Numbered from the whole stretch's first letter, positions 23,500 to 36,498 are shown. The stretch is DNA of 63,753 nucleotides, filler included, from Globobulimina sp. (GCA_003354225.1; 49 parts of 49 records of this genome joined end to end with filler, not necessarily neighbours in it), one strand, 5' to 3'. Notes: a model not told the origin generated them from the sequence alone. Translations and numbers: made by a program.

Positions 23500-23825
23500 A
23501 GCTAATGGGCATGCCTGGGCCTGCCCGGGATTGCACAATATGACGTCATATTGCGCAACCATGCACAAACATAACCGAAGCTCCGCCCACTGGGCATGCC
23601 CGGGCCTGCCCCGGATTGCACAACTAACGTCATATGACGTCATATTGCGTAACCATTTACGACCTAAAGGCGAAGCTCCGCCCACATTTATGATGTCATT
23701 GGAAAACAAGTACAGGCACATTTTGTCAAACTGTAAATGACGAAATATGAAAACGAGTACAGTCATGTTTTGTCAAAGTATAAATGACGTCATATGAAAA
23801 CGAGTACAGGCATGTTTTGTCAAAT
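23500..23825. repeat. Imperfect tandem repeats (about 90 bp x2 and 46 bp x2-3) carrying TGACGTCA
   Basis: GGGCATGCC.GGGCCTGCCC.GGATTGCACAA x2, CGAAGCTCCGCCCAC x2 and TAAATGACG..ATATGAAAACGAGTACAG.CATGTTTTGTCAAA x2. Confidence 0.85.
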
Positions 23826-24489
23826 TACAAATTAGAAACGTCAATCTGCTTTTAACTCTCTTAAAATATGCAATTAGTACTTGTTGTATTCTAATACAAA
23901 GAATGTTGTGTGTGTTGTGAGACTGCCGACATGACTTAACCTTTTAATCTCAAACATATATTTAAAACATATAGCATACATCCTGCGTTTTACGACCTTG
24001 CTACGTTTGCTGCCTTTAACAATACAATCTAAGGCGACAGACGGCGTTCTTTTAAGTTGTTGGTCTACCTCCTAGCTTTAATGGTTTTTTGTGTTTCTTT
24101 GTTAAGCTTGGGTTTTACAACCTTCTTATGCACTCAATAGAACATGTACGACTGTTTATGTAACAAATAATAGTTGCATTTTTTGTTCCATCAGTAATGG
24201 TGGTAAGTTGTGGACAGTCAATAAAGATTAGGCTTTTAATGACGTCATATTATGATGTAATAAAAGATTGCGTACGATTGCGCAATGTGACGTCACATTG
24301 GGATTAAGACAGCCTAGTGACGTCATATGACGTCAATAACTAGCTGACCAATAAACTGTTAAATAATTTAAGTGTTTTGACCAGTCAGAGCCCGAGTTTA
24401 AGTTTAAAAGGGTCAGAATTGAGCCGAACAGATCATTGTTGTATTGGACTCTCTCTTCGTTTTCCGCACAAATCTAACATCTCTCTAGG

Positions 24490-24671
24490 ATGCCTCACTG
24501 TGTTTCTATCACCTCATATATGGTCGCCTCTTACTATATGAATTTGAAATTAGGCGGCTACAAACACGGACTAGACAAATTGATTCATGACGATTTTGCG
24601 CAGTTGTGTTGGTACAATCTGAGTGCAGATGAACATGACTTTTTTGAATTGATTACAGAAAATTATATGGA
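24490..24671 (+). CDS. Hypothetical ORF start downstream of the CRE-rich region
   Basis: ATG ORF that stays open to the contig end. Confidence 0.35.
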
Positions 24672-24771
24672 NNNNNNNNNNNNNNNNNNNNNNNNNNNNN
24701 NNNNNNNNNNNNNNNTTAATTAATTAANNNNNNNNNNNNNNNNNNNNNNNNNNNNNNNNNNNNNNNNNNNN

Positions 24772-25974
24772 GAATGTAATTGGTTGCACCGATATCACTT
24801 ATTTAAATATGCAACATTCGAGAAGTAATTATCAATATCAAAAAAATACCTATTGTAAATATAAATCACATAATTTATTAAAAGAGAGCGTCGTCTGTTC
24901 TGTTGATGGTAAAATAATAATTATAACAGGCCCACATTTTTCAGATGGCTCAAACACTGACGATAAAATCTGGGATGATTACGTAATGAACCTCAGCAGT
25001 GACATACATATTATATGTGAGACTTCAGACTCCAATGATAATAAATATACAATTGTCGCGGATTCCGGTTATAAAAATTGCCTTCAAGGGAAGCATTTAT
25101 TTAAACTGAAGCTTCCGTCCGGCGTAAGAGGTCTGAAAGAGAAAGGAATTATTTTACAATTGAAGACAGAACAAGCCAATGAGACCAGGTATATACATAC
25201 ATTTTTTTTGTTGCAGGGTCTCAAAATTAATTTCTATATAGATTTGTCACCAAAATCCGCAATGTAATTGAAAGAATCTTTGGTAAAATGAAAAAATGGA
25301 AAATATTATCCGCAACACATCCAATTCAATATGATCCCGCTAAAATACATGATATATTCACCATCATTGCTTCATTCCATAATGCATTTACCGAATCTAT
25401 GTATGCTAATTATGATAATATAGAAAATGATGTTGATTATATGGTTGAGAGAACTACATTGTCAAATAATATAAATATTCGCGAAGCCAAAGCCACAACA
25501 GGCTGGAAATCCAAACCAGCAACGAGTTTTTTAGCAGCAACATCTTTTGTGCCGGATTTTAACGAAGAAGATGTCAGAGAGTATGCTTGTGGTCCGTATG
25601 TATGTGGTTTGAGTGTCGGATATCATCAACACGCCAAACGGGTTACATTCAAAACACAGGATTACCTTTCCATATACACTAAGATGTGATGGCATAATAT
25701 CTAGACATTCCAGAAATGATAAAAATAAAAGGCAGTATCAAATTTATCATCGATTTGGAGTGAGTTTACGAGATTCTGTTTCTTATTGTACGTGCAAATC
25801 AGGTACTCGCACTGTGGGAATGTGTGGCCATATGACTGCGTCCTTAACAATATTATTGTATAAAATGCATCAAATCTCGCTTCCAGTAATCAATATTATG
25901 ACTGAAAAATATAGATTAAATTGTTTGGACAGTGTTCAAAATGATAAAAAAAGAAAAGTTTTAAAAGAAAAATT
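24772..25974 (+). mobile_element. PIF/Harbinger (ISL2EU-like) DDE transposase with a C-terminal SWIM finger; intron 25189-25241; frameshift near 25660
   Basis: TY..YK.HN.LK and IVADSGY motifs. Splicing gives EQANETR|FVTKIRNVIERIFGKMKKW. SWIM pattern YCTCKSGTRTVGMCGH. Confidence 0.88.
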
Positions 25975-26211
25975 NNNNNNNNNNNNNNNNNNNNNNNNNN
26001 NNNNNNNNNNNNNNNNNNTTAATTAATTAANNNNNNNNNNNNNNNNNNNNNNNNNNNNNNNNNNNNNNNNNNNNGGGGGGGTTATCTTTTGGAATATATA
26101 TATCGTTTAATGGTACAACTAGAAGGTATGCACCAAATAGTTACCACTAACCGGTGTATACAAAAACGACCCGTGTTGCAACACAGACGTGTCTATGCTC
26201 GAAGGATTAGT

Positions 26212-27277
26212 TTAAGAAACACTCGAATCAGTTATATCAGTTTGCTTCTGTGTTTTTATATTATCATTACTATTTTCTTGCTTTTCCTTTTCTTCTTCCT
26301 CTTCATCAATAACATTATCATCAATATACTCCTCGTCACCATCACCCAATTCATTTAATAAGAATTCAACCCACAATGACCCCAAATCCTTTTGTCTATC
26401 TTCTGTCGATGCCTCCGATGCCTCCGATGTCTCCGTATCCGTATCCAATGTGTCATTATTATCACTTTGCAACCACGATCTTGCATATCCCCATAAACTA
26501 TTTGTGTTATTATGCGTATTTGTGCCAATTCTGCATTTTCGCCTCTCCCCATCGTCAAATCGCAATATTTTGCTAATCAATGCAATAACTTCGCGAGTAT
26601 CGCCCCCTTCATACCATCGCTCAAAAAAAGTTATCAACAATTTAATAATTATACGTCTATCAATTTGCTCATTGGAACAAGATAAATTCTTCAATTTCAC
26701 CGCGGTTTTAGCAAATTTTGCGCGCAGATTCGCAGTCTCTGATTCCAACCGAATTTGGTATTTTTGTGATTGGGTGAATTTGGAGCGAAGTTGTTGGAAT
26801 TGTTTCGTAGCAAACTCATATTTTACCCTCATTTCGTCCAATTCTTCTGCACAACACAAACGTATCAAGTTTTTGCCTGGACGCCATGGTCAAAGATTTA
26901 ATGTCACTAAAAAACCTCAACTCACTCAAGCTTGCAACATGGCCATTTTGCACAGTACAAAAATTTCATACATTTACACACCGTTTGTATTTATTTGTTG
27001 TTGGTTTATGGCCGGAATATCTTTTGCGTGATTTTGTAATGCTTTCAATTTATTTAATTGCACTTGCAATGCATCGAAGGCAATTTGCAAATTATTAAAG
27101 GCAGTTTTTTTACTCTCATATTCCTGGCTTACTTTGTGATATTTCTTCAACGTTTGCATGTAATCATTTTGTAACGATTTTAATTCTTCATTTTCAATTT
27201 TTAGCTCATTGATTAACGAATTTAATTCAATGATATCTTCATCTTTTTCATGTAATCGCTTTTTATGAATCTCTTTG
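26212..27277 (-). CDS. Golgin with GRAB/GA1 domain (GMAP210/Rud3/GC4-like), 5' partial, intron about 26847-26981
   Basis: Coiled coil followed by IDRRIIIKLLITFF...EV..LI..IL.F...ER and LGSLWVEFLL. Confidence 0.8.
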
Positions 27278-27377
27278 NNNNNNNNNNNNNNNNNNNNNNN
27301 NNNNNNNNNNNNNNNNNNNNNTTAATTAATTAANNNNNNNNNNNNNNNNNNNNNNNNNNNNNNNNNNNNNNNNNNNN

Positions 27378-28580
27378 TCGAATTGCGGTTCTCATTGAGG
27401 CCCATTTTGAAGCATTGGACTGCGGAGGAAGGCAAACAATTGGATGCTTTGTTGAATAATACGCCTGAAAAAGTGATGAAATTATCTGAATTGCAGTATA
27501 AATTTTATGACAGATATAATACGTTCATTCAAGGTGAACAATCTAAACGTTCATTGTCAGAATTTTTGTCATCAAAAGCGAAATATTGTGTGTTGCCAAT
27601 AAATAATGGGGATTATTTATTTTCTTTTTCATCATATTCAGTTTAGTTATATGCATTTTTTTTTAGTTTTTTGTTGGATAACAAATGTTTTTTATGTGTT
27701 TCTATAGAAAAATTTGTTGAGATATTTTGTACGAAATATATTTAAAGACGATGAAAATAGAGGTTTTTCATTGGATCAGATTCAAACTGCAGTTGAAAGC
27801 CATTGTGATTTAAATCGAATGAAACAATTAAAAATAGTAAAATCGAGTGATTCTATATTACCATTTCCAATCAATAATTATGTACTAATGGATGTATGCT
27901 CTGACTTAATATTTCCATATTATGTAAATCAGCCATCTCCGCAAAATCCAATACCAAACATAATATATAAAAATAGACTAGTTACAATTCTATTTATTTA
28001 TTGTTTCAATGTACAAATATTAATATATTACAAATTAATAAACAGAAAACAAATGTTGCCTCAAACACACGTGATGTGATGGAGCTATATTTTGAACAAA
28101 ATCAAGCCAAATTCATATTATTTTCGACATTACAAACATTGTTAATGGAGACCTACCCGGCACATTACGTCGATTTAGAACAGAATCCCTCGGAATTGTT
28201 TCAAACCATAGCCGCATTTCCTTGGTTACGATTTCATTTAAATAAAACTGCAATAAACCAACAAAAATTGTTAACTGAATCTGCAGAACAACACACAGAT
28301 AATTCACTGGTTATGGCAGAGACACAATACACAGCCACAAATATAAAAGACAAAGATCACAGTATTTACGATTGGAACATTGAAATTACATTAAATTCGA
28401 ATGATATCCAACTTTTGAAGAATGATGTATCAATTGAGATATTTGCTTCTTTACAAAAAAGTGCCGACGATGACATTGAATCAGATGAAAAACAGAAACA
28501 AATGGACGAAGATGGCAGAACGTATCGTAATGTTAAAACAAATAACGGAACTCAATCCGCCTATTTGTAAACTGATTGGT
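27378..28580 (+). CDS. Hypothetical multi-exon protein, partial
   Basis: Three ORF segments separated by AT-rich intron-like intervals. Confidence 0.5.
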
Positions 28581-28957
28581 NNNNNNNNNNNNNNNNNNNN
28601 NNNNNNNNNNNNNNNNNNNNNNNNTTAATTAATTAANNNNNNNNNNNNNNNNNNNNNNNNNNNNNNNNNNNNNNNNNNNNATTCATGTGTTAATGCACAT
28701 TCTGTATCATTACAACCCGCAGAACTATATAATACATACACATATAAAACATAAACACAAAATAGACACATACAGCACATACGAGTTATAATTACGACAT
28801 AGCTGCTGCAATTTCTGTTTATTCTCTTTCTTTTCTATAGACACTGCAGCAACTTCTTGTTTACTGTTCAATCAACAAAAAACATTGTAAAACCTCACTA
28901 ATATATCGCAGAAAAAAATAAATGAACACATTCGATCACACATTGAATATTTTATAT

Positions 28958-29883
28958 TCATCTTAACATTTTAGAACTTGAATGACTATCTTTCGCTGTC
29001 TCCTTATTTTTTTTATGCTCCGCGCCAAACAACTCATCAATTCGACGCATATTAATCTGAATAATATCCTGCGGCTTCTTGGCATCCTGAATCCGAATCT
29101 CATCCGTTACATTCAACAGCCTCTCCCGCAATGAGTCCGTCGGTCCATCGTTTTTCAACTGACATAGCTTCAAATGCTGTTTCACTTTCTCAATGTCCAA
29201 ATTCTTGACATCCTCTGTGCTCCAAATATCCGCCAATAACAGTTTGACATTCTTATTGATAGTGGCTTCACTGTAAAACTTATCCGGTTTGTAAATCGAT
29301 AATCTATTCATATTCGACGCATTATTTATAGACAACCTCTCATCATATTTGCTATCCCAGCCCAAATAATGCAACTTTATAATATCCCCATCGCGAGCCA
29401 CCACCATGGCCCTTCTCCACACATTCCCATCCAACAAAAACACCAAATAATTCACCTCCAAGTCCACCAAATCGCAAATCCGCTTCGCTTTCACCACAGC
29501 TTCATGCCCAGAGCCGGAGGAGCCGTTATTATTCTCCTCCGACAATTTAATCTTTTTAGCAGGCGGCTCCTCGCCACCTTTGACCTTCTCAACCTTACTA
29601 AACGACCGCTTCTTCACCTTCTCATTCAGCTCAATCCGTGACATGGCGGCCCCCGGTTTCTGGTTTTCTTTCTGCAGCTGTTTCATCAAAATCTCCCCGA
29701 TCTTGGTATTGCTCCGCGGACACTTCGGCAGAGAATGCGTCTCATCCTCACACAGCGAACAAACGTGAATCTTGTCACAGTCACGGCTGTAACACCCCGT
29801 CACGCCATTAAATAACGTGCACACTTCGCTTAATTGGTACTTGCGCTCAATCACAATCTTGCCGTTCTCTTTCTCGGCCTCCT
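28958..29883 (-). CDS. Zinc-knuckle (DIRS Gag-like) + Tudor-knot/chromo-barrel + SAP domain protein, 5' partial
   Basis: C..FN...GC....C...HVC..C....H....C, then W.RA.V......IKLHYLGWDSKYDE.L, then L....VK..LK...L...G....L.ERL. Confidence 0.7.
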
Positions 29884-29983
29884 NNNNNNNNNNNNNNNNN
29901 NNNNNNNNNNNNNNNNNNNNNNNNNNNTTAATTAATTAANNNNNNNNNNNNNNNNNNNNNNNNNNNNNNNNNNNNNNNNNNNN

Positions 29984-31186
29984 GTTATATTCGCAAACAA
30001 ACAATCATAAAAACTCATATCTCTTCCAACAATTAATGCAGATTCATTAATTAATGTATGATGCTTTGAATGAATGGTAATATTTATAAATTTGCAATAA
30101 TTACAGATCACTACGTTTTGTGAATTTATAATATACGGAGGTTGGCTCTCGCGGCCTTCAAACACATATGAATCAATTATCAAATTATTTATTGTTAATA
30201 TAGTGATTTGTTGGATGTCAAAATTAGGAATGAAATTATGAAAGTCATGCGAGGGCATAAATGACTCACATAACTCCGTATTATACCAATCTTTCATTTC
30301 ATGTATATAGTTGACATCGAATGTAACAGTCATATCATGCGATGAGTAGAGAGCCGCTACATTACATGGATTGGTTCTATATTCGGTATTTTGTTGTTGA
30401 GCAATATCATCTATAATAGATTTGGTATTTTGACCTTGAACAATAATTTCTGTGAAACTCTCATCTCGCGAATTCCATGTTGCATAGAATAAAGTACCAC
30501 ATCCGTTCTCTGCAGTTTTACCACAGCCAAAGTTATTTGAACCATCTGCTGTTACATATATTACCCGAGTATAACTGTTTTATTTTTTAAAATGTGTTAT
30601 TATATAAATCAAACAACATAGACATAATAAAACAAATAACTTTGAAGAGACAGGAGTTTGCGTTGGTGTTAATGAAGTACACTCAATGTCATAATTGACA
30701 GTAGAGTTTAAATCACAATCTTCTGCCCAAATTAGCGTAGAAATCCCAAATGATGTATCACAATTTGCCGTATTATATATAATTCATCACAATTTGCCGT
30801 ATATTAAAAATCTGTGATAGAACCGAGTAATTCATCACATGTAATAATGGATGATATTGGCTGGTTCGCAGAAACACAGTTATAACATATATTTGTTATC
30901 ATTTGCGTTGATGTAAAACCAGTTGTTGGTGTAATCTGTGCACAATTATTATTAGTATATATTTTAAGTTGAGCATAATCACATTTTTCGTATGAAAAGG
31001 GAATAATACTAACGTTCAGATCTGGAACTATCGATTCATTGCAAGAATTTTTATTCCATTCACAATAAAAAGGGGCATTATTCCATTCGACGCAGGAAAA
31101 CATAGAACCGGAGCCTGATCCATCTACAATAAAACTACATTTATTGGCGCGCCGCATTTTGCAATTTGTATATAACCATCATTGCA
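29984..31186 (-). CDS. Surface protein of the same family as 2609-3812; partial, intron about 30576-30640
   Basis: YVTADGSNNFGCGKTAENGCGTL, IIVQGQN, TFD.NY....DW and TINNL.ID are shared with 3301-3812. A 17-bp duplication (ATCACAATTTGCCGTAT) near 30757-30803 disrupts the frame. Confidence 0.65.
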
Positions 31187-31286
31187 NNNNNNNNNNNNNN
31201 NNNNNNNNNNNNNNNNNNNNNNNNNNNNNNTTAATTAATTAANNNNNNNNNNNNNNNNNNNNNNNNNNNNNNNNNNNNNNNNNNNN

Positions 31287-32489
31287 GGAAAAACTCTGCA
31301 CAAGCTGCTGCAGATCGCAACCAAAATGATGTGAGACAATCGAGAACTGCCCGGCGCTTAAAGAAAAGAGTAGAAAAAGAGGTAAAAATCGCTAAACTTT
31401 CCTATCATACCGACCTGTTCCAAAATTGTGAAACACCTAAGCAATTTTGGAATGCTATTAAACAAACAACAAAAGGTCCTCCTGCCTCTATTCCTCCCTT
31501 AACTGTTAATGGTAATATTCCAATCGCTGATGATGTTGGCAAAGCAAACACCATTGCCGATTATTATGATACAATATGGAACTGTCAAGATGGGCCTCCA
31601 CCCCCTCCAACAAGTCCACCAAAGGAACTTGAGCCAGAATGGATGTGTGATCCAGAGTTTGTCTATGAAGAAATCTTAAAAATTCCTGAAACTAAAGCCC
31701 CTGGTGATGACAACATTACTGTACGTCTGTTGAAAGAAGGGGCAGCCATTCTATCACCTGCTATTGCTGCCCTCATTAACCGATGCATCAGTGAAGGACA
31801 ATTTCCAAGCACATGGAAACATGCCATCGTCATACCTATACCAAAAGTGGCTGGATCCACAATACCCAAAGACTATCGTCCAATCAGTCTTTTGCCAATC
31901 ATATCTAAGATTATGGAGAAACATTTGCTTAAATTATTATTGCCATATTTGGAACCATCACTATCTGATACTCAATTTGGATTTCGTAGTGGGCGATCTA
32001 CAGAAGATGCACTTATTTATTTTGAAAAATTAATCTGTGATGGATTTGAAATGTGCAGAGGTAAAATAACTAGAGTGTGTGCCATATTTTTCGATGTTAG
32101 TGCTGCATTTGATACTGTACCTCTAGGACGTTTACTTACATGCTTAGAAAATCGATATAATGTTCCTGCATATTTGTTATCAGTGCTCAAATCCTTATTA
32201 TTTGATCGTACTCAATGTGTTAGAGTTGGTAACAAGCTTTCTAGTGTTCGTAAAGTGCTAAGTGGTACACCACAAGGTGGTGTTTTGTCTCCTGTACTTT
32301 TTGTTGCATATGTTAATTCTGTGCTTCAGTCTCGTCTTTCTCCTGACGAACATTTAGTCGGTTTTGACGCTGACTTGTGTTATGTTTGTCCTATGTCTAA
32401 GTGTTCTGCTGAAACCTTGATCCGGGAGGACTTGAAGGTTGTTGCTGGGGGATTTTCTGATTTGGGACTAAGTCTCAATATTGGTAAAA
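31287..32489 (+). mobile_element. Non-LTR (LINE; CR1/L2/Jockey-like) retrotransposon ORF2 reverse transcriptase, partial
   Basis: KAPGDD.I, P..WK.A.V.PIPK, YRPISLL, QFGFR.GRST, D...AFD.V and GTPQG.VLSP.LF motifs. The catalytic motif reads FDAD. Confidence 0.95.
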
Positions 32490-32589
32490 NNNNNNNNNNN
32501 NNNNNNNNNNNNNNNNNNNNNNNNNNNNNNNNNTTAATTAATTAANNNNNNNNNNNNNNNNNNNNNNNNNNNNNNNNNNNNNNNNNNNN

Positions 32590-33520
32590 TTAGAGAGTAT
32601 TTTTGATACGACATCAACTTTACCGTTCCACACAGCTGAATGTAACAATGGTTCTTGACTCTAAAATTAAAAACGATTTGGTTATAATATTTGCAAATTA
32701 AACACTGAAGAAATGTGCATACACTGCCAACTCGATTGTTAATTGCAACTATTTTATCCAGTAAATTAAGCATAACTTTGTTCGCATTGTACGTATACGC
32801 TCCAAATAAGTGATTCTGTACTTGCACAGCCAGCATAATGTCCAGTTGTGGTATTCCACGAATGTCGGTTATTGTAATCAACTTTGTAATTAATATTTGA
32901 TTTGTTATCAAATCACTGTTTTTGTATAAAATATGTAACAGAGACTCATTATGGTTCAGTTCCAATGCGTTATAATCGATTATTTGCTGAGGTTGCCATT
33001 TTAATAAAATATGAATAATCCATAGATGATTATTCCGAGCACATAGCGTCAACAACGGATCTTTATATTCAATGCCAAACTCTTGTGTTACGAATACAGT
33101 TTTTAGTTGGTTGCTTTTGGAGAAATATTGTCGAATAAAGTCTGTTTTATTTGTAAAATATTTGAATATTATTCTTGCATTTTGCTCAATATGCTTGCTT
33201 TGATTATTTGGTGTTTGCAAATAAAACAGTAATGGATCATGCAATGAAATCTCTCTTTTATACGAGTCGTACGTGTATTCAGATGCATACAAGGACCGGT
33301 CCCATTCATAAGGCTCAAAAGGATCAAACAATGGAGGCAAACAACATAATTCTTTCGCTGTTTGCTTTAATAAATGCCATCGATGGGGATTTGATGAATT
33401 GAGATATGTTGTTTTCAATTCATTCAACCTGGTTGATGTTGAAAATAAAACACCACAATTTAACAGTGAAGAGAGCATTATTACTGTTTTTATAGAATGA
33501 TTAGGCGGGACAAGTCCCAA
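32590..33520 (-). CDS. Hypothetical protein with degenerate ankyrin-like repeats, 3' partial
   Basis: PLL.LCARNNH..I..ILL and N..ESLLH segments. Confidence 0.5.
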
Positions 33521-34167
33521 CGATTGGTGGAAAAACTAAACTCTGAATAATTGGATGATTATAACTATCAACCAACTATGACATATATTCAGATGCATAA
33601 CTCCGAATGCATAACTCCGAATATATGCAGAGTATAAAAACCAAATACCAAAACGGTACATAGGTCTTACTCTCCAAAAGGAGGTCTAACAAAGTTAGAT
33701 AGTTTTTGGTAGCGTTTAGTCTTATAAATGTTATAAATGAAATTTAAAACTAACTCACTGCGAACAGGCTACCTTAGGCACATTCGTTCTAANNNNNNNN
33801 NNNNNNNNNNNNNNNNNNNNNNNNNNNNNNNNNNNNTTAATTAATTAANNNNNNNNNNNNNNNNNNNNNNNNNNNNNNNNNNNNNNNNNNNNGAAACCGC
33901 CAATGCGCAATACGGTCTTGCAGGAGGAAACGAAATATTTGTACGATCAAAGCGTCGCTTGTCGTGGCTCCCACATGGTGGGGCTAGAAGAGGCAGTACG
34001 ACACATGCGCCCACGACCCCAGGGAAGAAAATAAATCTCTCCTCGCTGAGGCCTCCTGCATCGTAGCAAGCATCCGTGCAAGAGGAAAGGAATTACTTGC
34101 GCTCTAGAACCACCAGCGCGCCACGCATTCTTGTGGGAGGAAGCAAATAATTTTGTGAATCAAATTC

Positions 34168-35049
34168 TCGTACATCACGTTCAAGTTTTGATTATAAAAT
34201 GGCGGCAAACCCGTCATCATCTCATACAGCAACGTACCAAACGACCACCAATCCACTGCCTTGCCATGGCCTTGTTGCTGCAGTACGGTATACAACAATA
34301 TGTATCACACATTGTGCGAATTTGCGTATAAAATAAAGTAAATATACCTGCAATACTTCAGGTGCTAAATATTCCGGCGTCCCACAGAAAGTATGTGTTA
34401 ACTGATCGCCTTTCAACGAGTCTTTAGAGAGTCCAAAGTCGGTGATTTTAATATGTCCGTCGCAATCTAATAAGATATTTTCCGGCTTCAAGTCCCTGTA
34501 AATCGTGCGACGTAAATGCAAGCATTCGAGCGCCAGACAGATTTCCCCCGCATAAAACCGCGACCTTTTCTCCGTAAATCGCCCATCTTTCTTCAAATGG
34601 AAAAATAACTCGCCGCCATTGAAGAAATCCAAAATCATATATAATTTCGCCTCGCTTTGGAAGGCGTACCGCAACGACACAATGAACGGGTTGTCGATGC
34701 CGGATAAGACTCTCCGTTCCGTCTGGGTATGGATCACTTGCTTGCGTTTCACCAAAGCCTTCTTTTTCAAGACTTTCATTGCATAGATTTTCTGGTCATC
34801 GGTCTTGCGAACCATCATCACTTTGCCAAACGAGCCCTTGCCGACAACTTTTAAAAACTCAAAATCGTTTACTGTCAATTTTTTGTGGAATCGGAAGCCC
34901 ATTGCGTTCATATCGTTTGTTTCTGCATTTTCAGAGATGTTGCCCAAGCCATTACGACTCTTGTTTCTGTTGCTGGACTTGCGATGGGAGCGTTTTTTGG
35001 AGACTGTTGGGCTTTCATTAGGGTCGATGGACGAGGATTGGCCACCCAT
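34168..35049 (-). CDS. AGC-family Ser/Thr kinase (PKB/SGK/PKBR1-like, N-myristoylated, no PH domain); intron 34278-34347; truncated by a chimeric junction
   Basis: MGGQSS start, then GKGSFGKV, YAMKVLKK, YRDLKPEN, DFGLSK and TFCGTPEYLAPE. Splicing gives GHGKAVDWWSFGTLLYEM.TGLPPFY. Confidence 0.95.
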
Positions 35050-35195
35050 TATGATTATGGCAAAGTAAGTGAAAAATCCTTAAAGTGAGTGAATCNNNNN
35101 NNNNNNNNNNNNNNNNNNNNNNNNNNNNNNNNNNNNNNNTTAATTAATTAANNNNNNNNNNNNNNNNNNNNNNNNNNNNNNNNNNNNNNNNNNNN

Positions 35196-35953
35196 TGTCA
35201 TTTCGTTTTTTAATCATAAATTTATGGCATTTAAAACATTCCTTCATGAATGCTTGTGGAATCCGCAACGAATTCTCATCTAATTTTACGTCTAATTCAT
35301 TGGCCGTTTTCTCGTCAAATGCACAGACAGCAAATGCTAAGGACCTGTCCACTGCTGGGGCTCCAGAGCGGACCGCATGGCTGCTCCAACCACAGGTAAT
35401 GCCAATAACGCCACTGACCTTGATTTGCGAATTCACAGTGACTCGATAACAGTCTGCGCAGTAAACGCATCCACATCGAAATTTACATTTTAATATATGC
35501 GATTCTGCACAACCAGTGCCGCAGCCTACGATACAATCATCAGATACTACGGTTGCACCGCATTGGGTGCCTAATTTTTGAACCTGTATTTTATTAAATG
35601 TGTGGTGTATATGTACGCAATTTCGCATTACGCAATGTCGCATGTATTATATATGAATTAACTGAGTATTTGTTGAATTGGGTAGCATTATTTCCTTCTT
35701 TTGGCGCTGCCATACCACCGATTAAACGTATTGATGCGAATATTGTTCCATCATTACGGAAATTGTAATCTTGTAATGTTAGGCCATCTTTTAATGGTTT
35801 AGCTCGATACATTAATGTTTCTAAATCATGACCTTCTCGATCTAATACTCGCTGCTTAATGTCACTAACTGTTGTTGATAACGGCAAATTAAAAGCTTTC
35901 GTTTTTGCTCCAGACATATCTATTTTGATAAACACATTTACGTTATTTGCCAT
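35196..35953 (-). CDS. Ubiquitin-like domain (ending RLIGG) fused to RING/IBR-like zinc fingers (RBR-type E3-like); intron about 35584-35661; 3' partial
   Basis: Ubiquitin-fold pattern TV.DIK......EG...L....K.L.DG.TL.DY. The downstream exon carries C..C...CGC.YC..C and C.KC. Confidence 0.65.
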
Positions 35954-36498
35954 TGGTTTATATTTTGATGTATTAAGGAATAAAATAAGTTAATTAGATG
36001 TAAAAGGAAGGAAGTTGTAAAGTTTTTTTTGAATGAAGATATAAAATACATTTAATAAAGATGTACAACGAAGTATCATGATTTGAATGTAGACAGTCGT
36101 GTGGAACATGTATTTGTCAATCATTATTTATTCAGATGTCATATATTTTGATAGATTCATTAATTGTTTTAATTGACGTAATGTCTTTGAATTATTGATT
36201 CTTATTTATATGCATATACTGCATTATTATAATTAAAATAGATCAGATGATGAGTGCGGTAACACCATTCAAAGTCCGATCAAATATTCGTCAGTTTATG
36301 GCCAAATCATCGTCGACCACATCATTATGTTTATCAGCAAAGCAGAAAAAAAAGAAAAAATATAAACATAAAAATAAAAGTAGTGATATTATTGGAATNN
36401 NNNNNNNNNNNNNNNNNNNNNNNNNNNNNNNNNNNNNNNNNNTTAATTAATTAANNNNNNNNNNNNNNNNNNNNNNNNNNNNNNNNNNNNNNNNNNNN

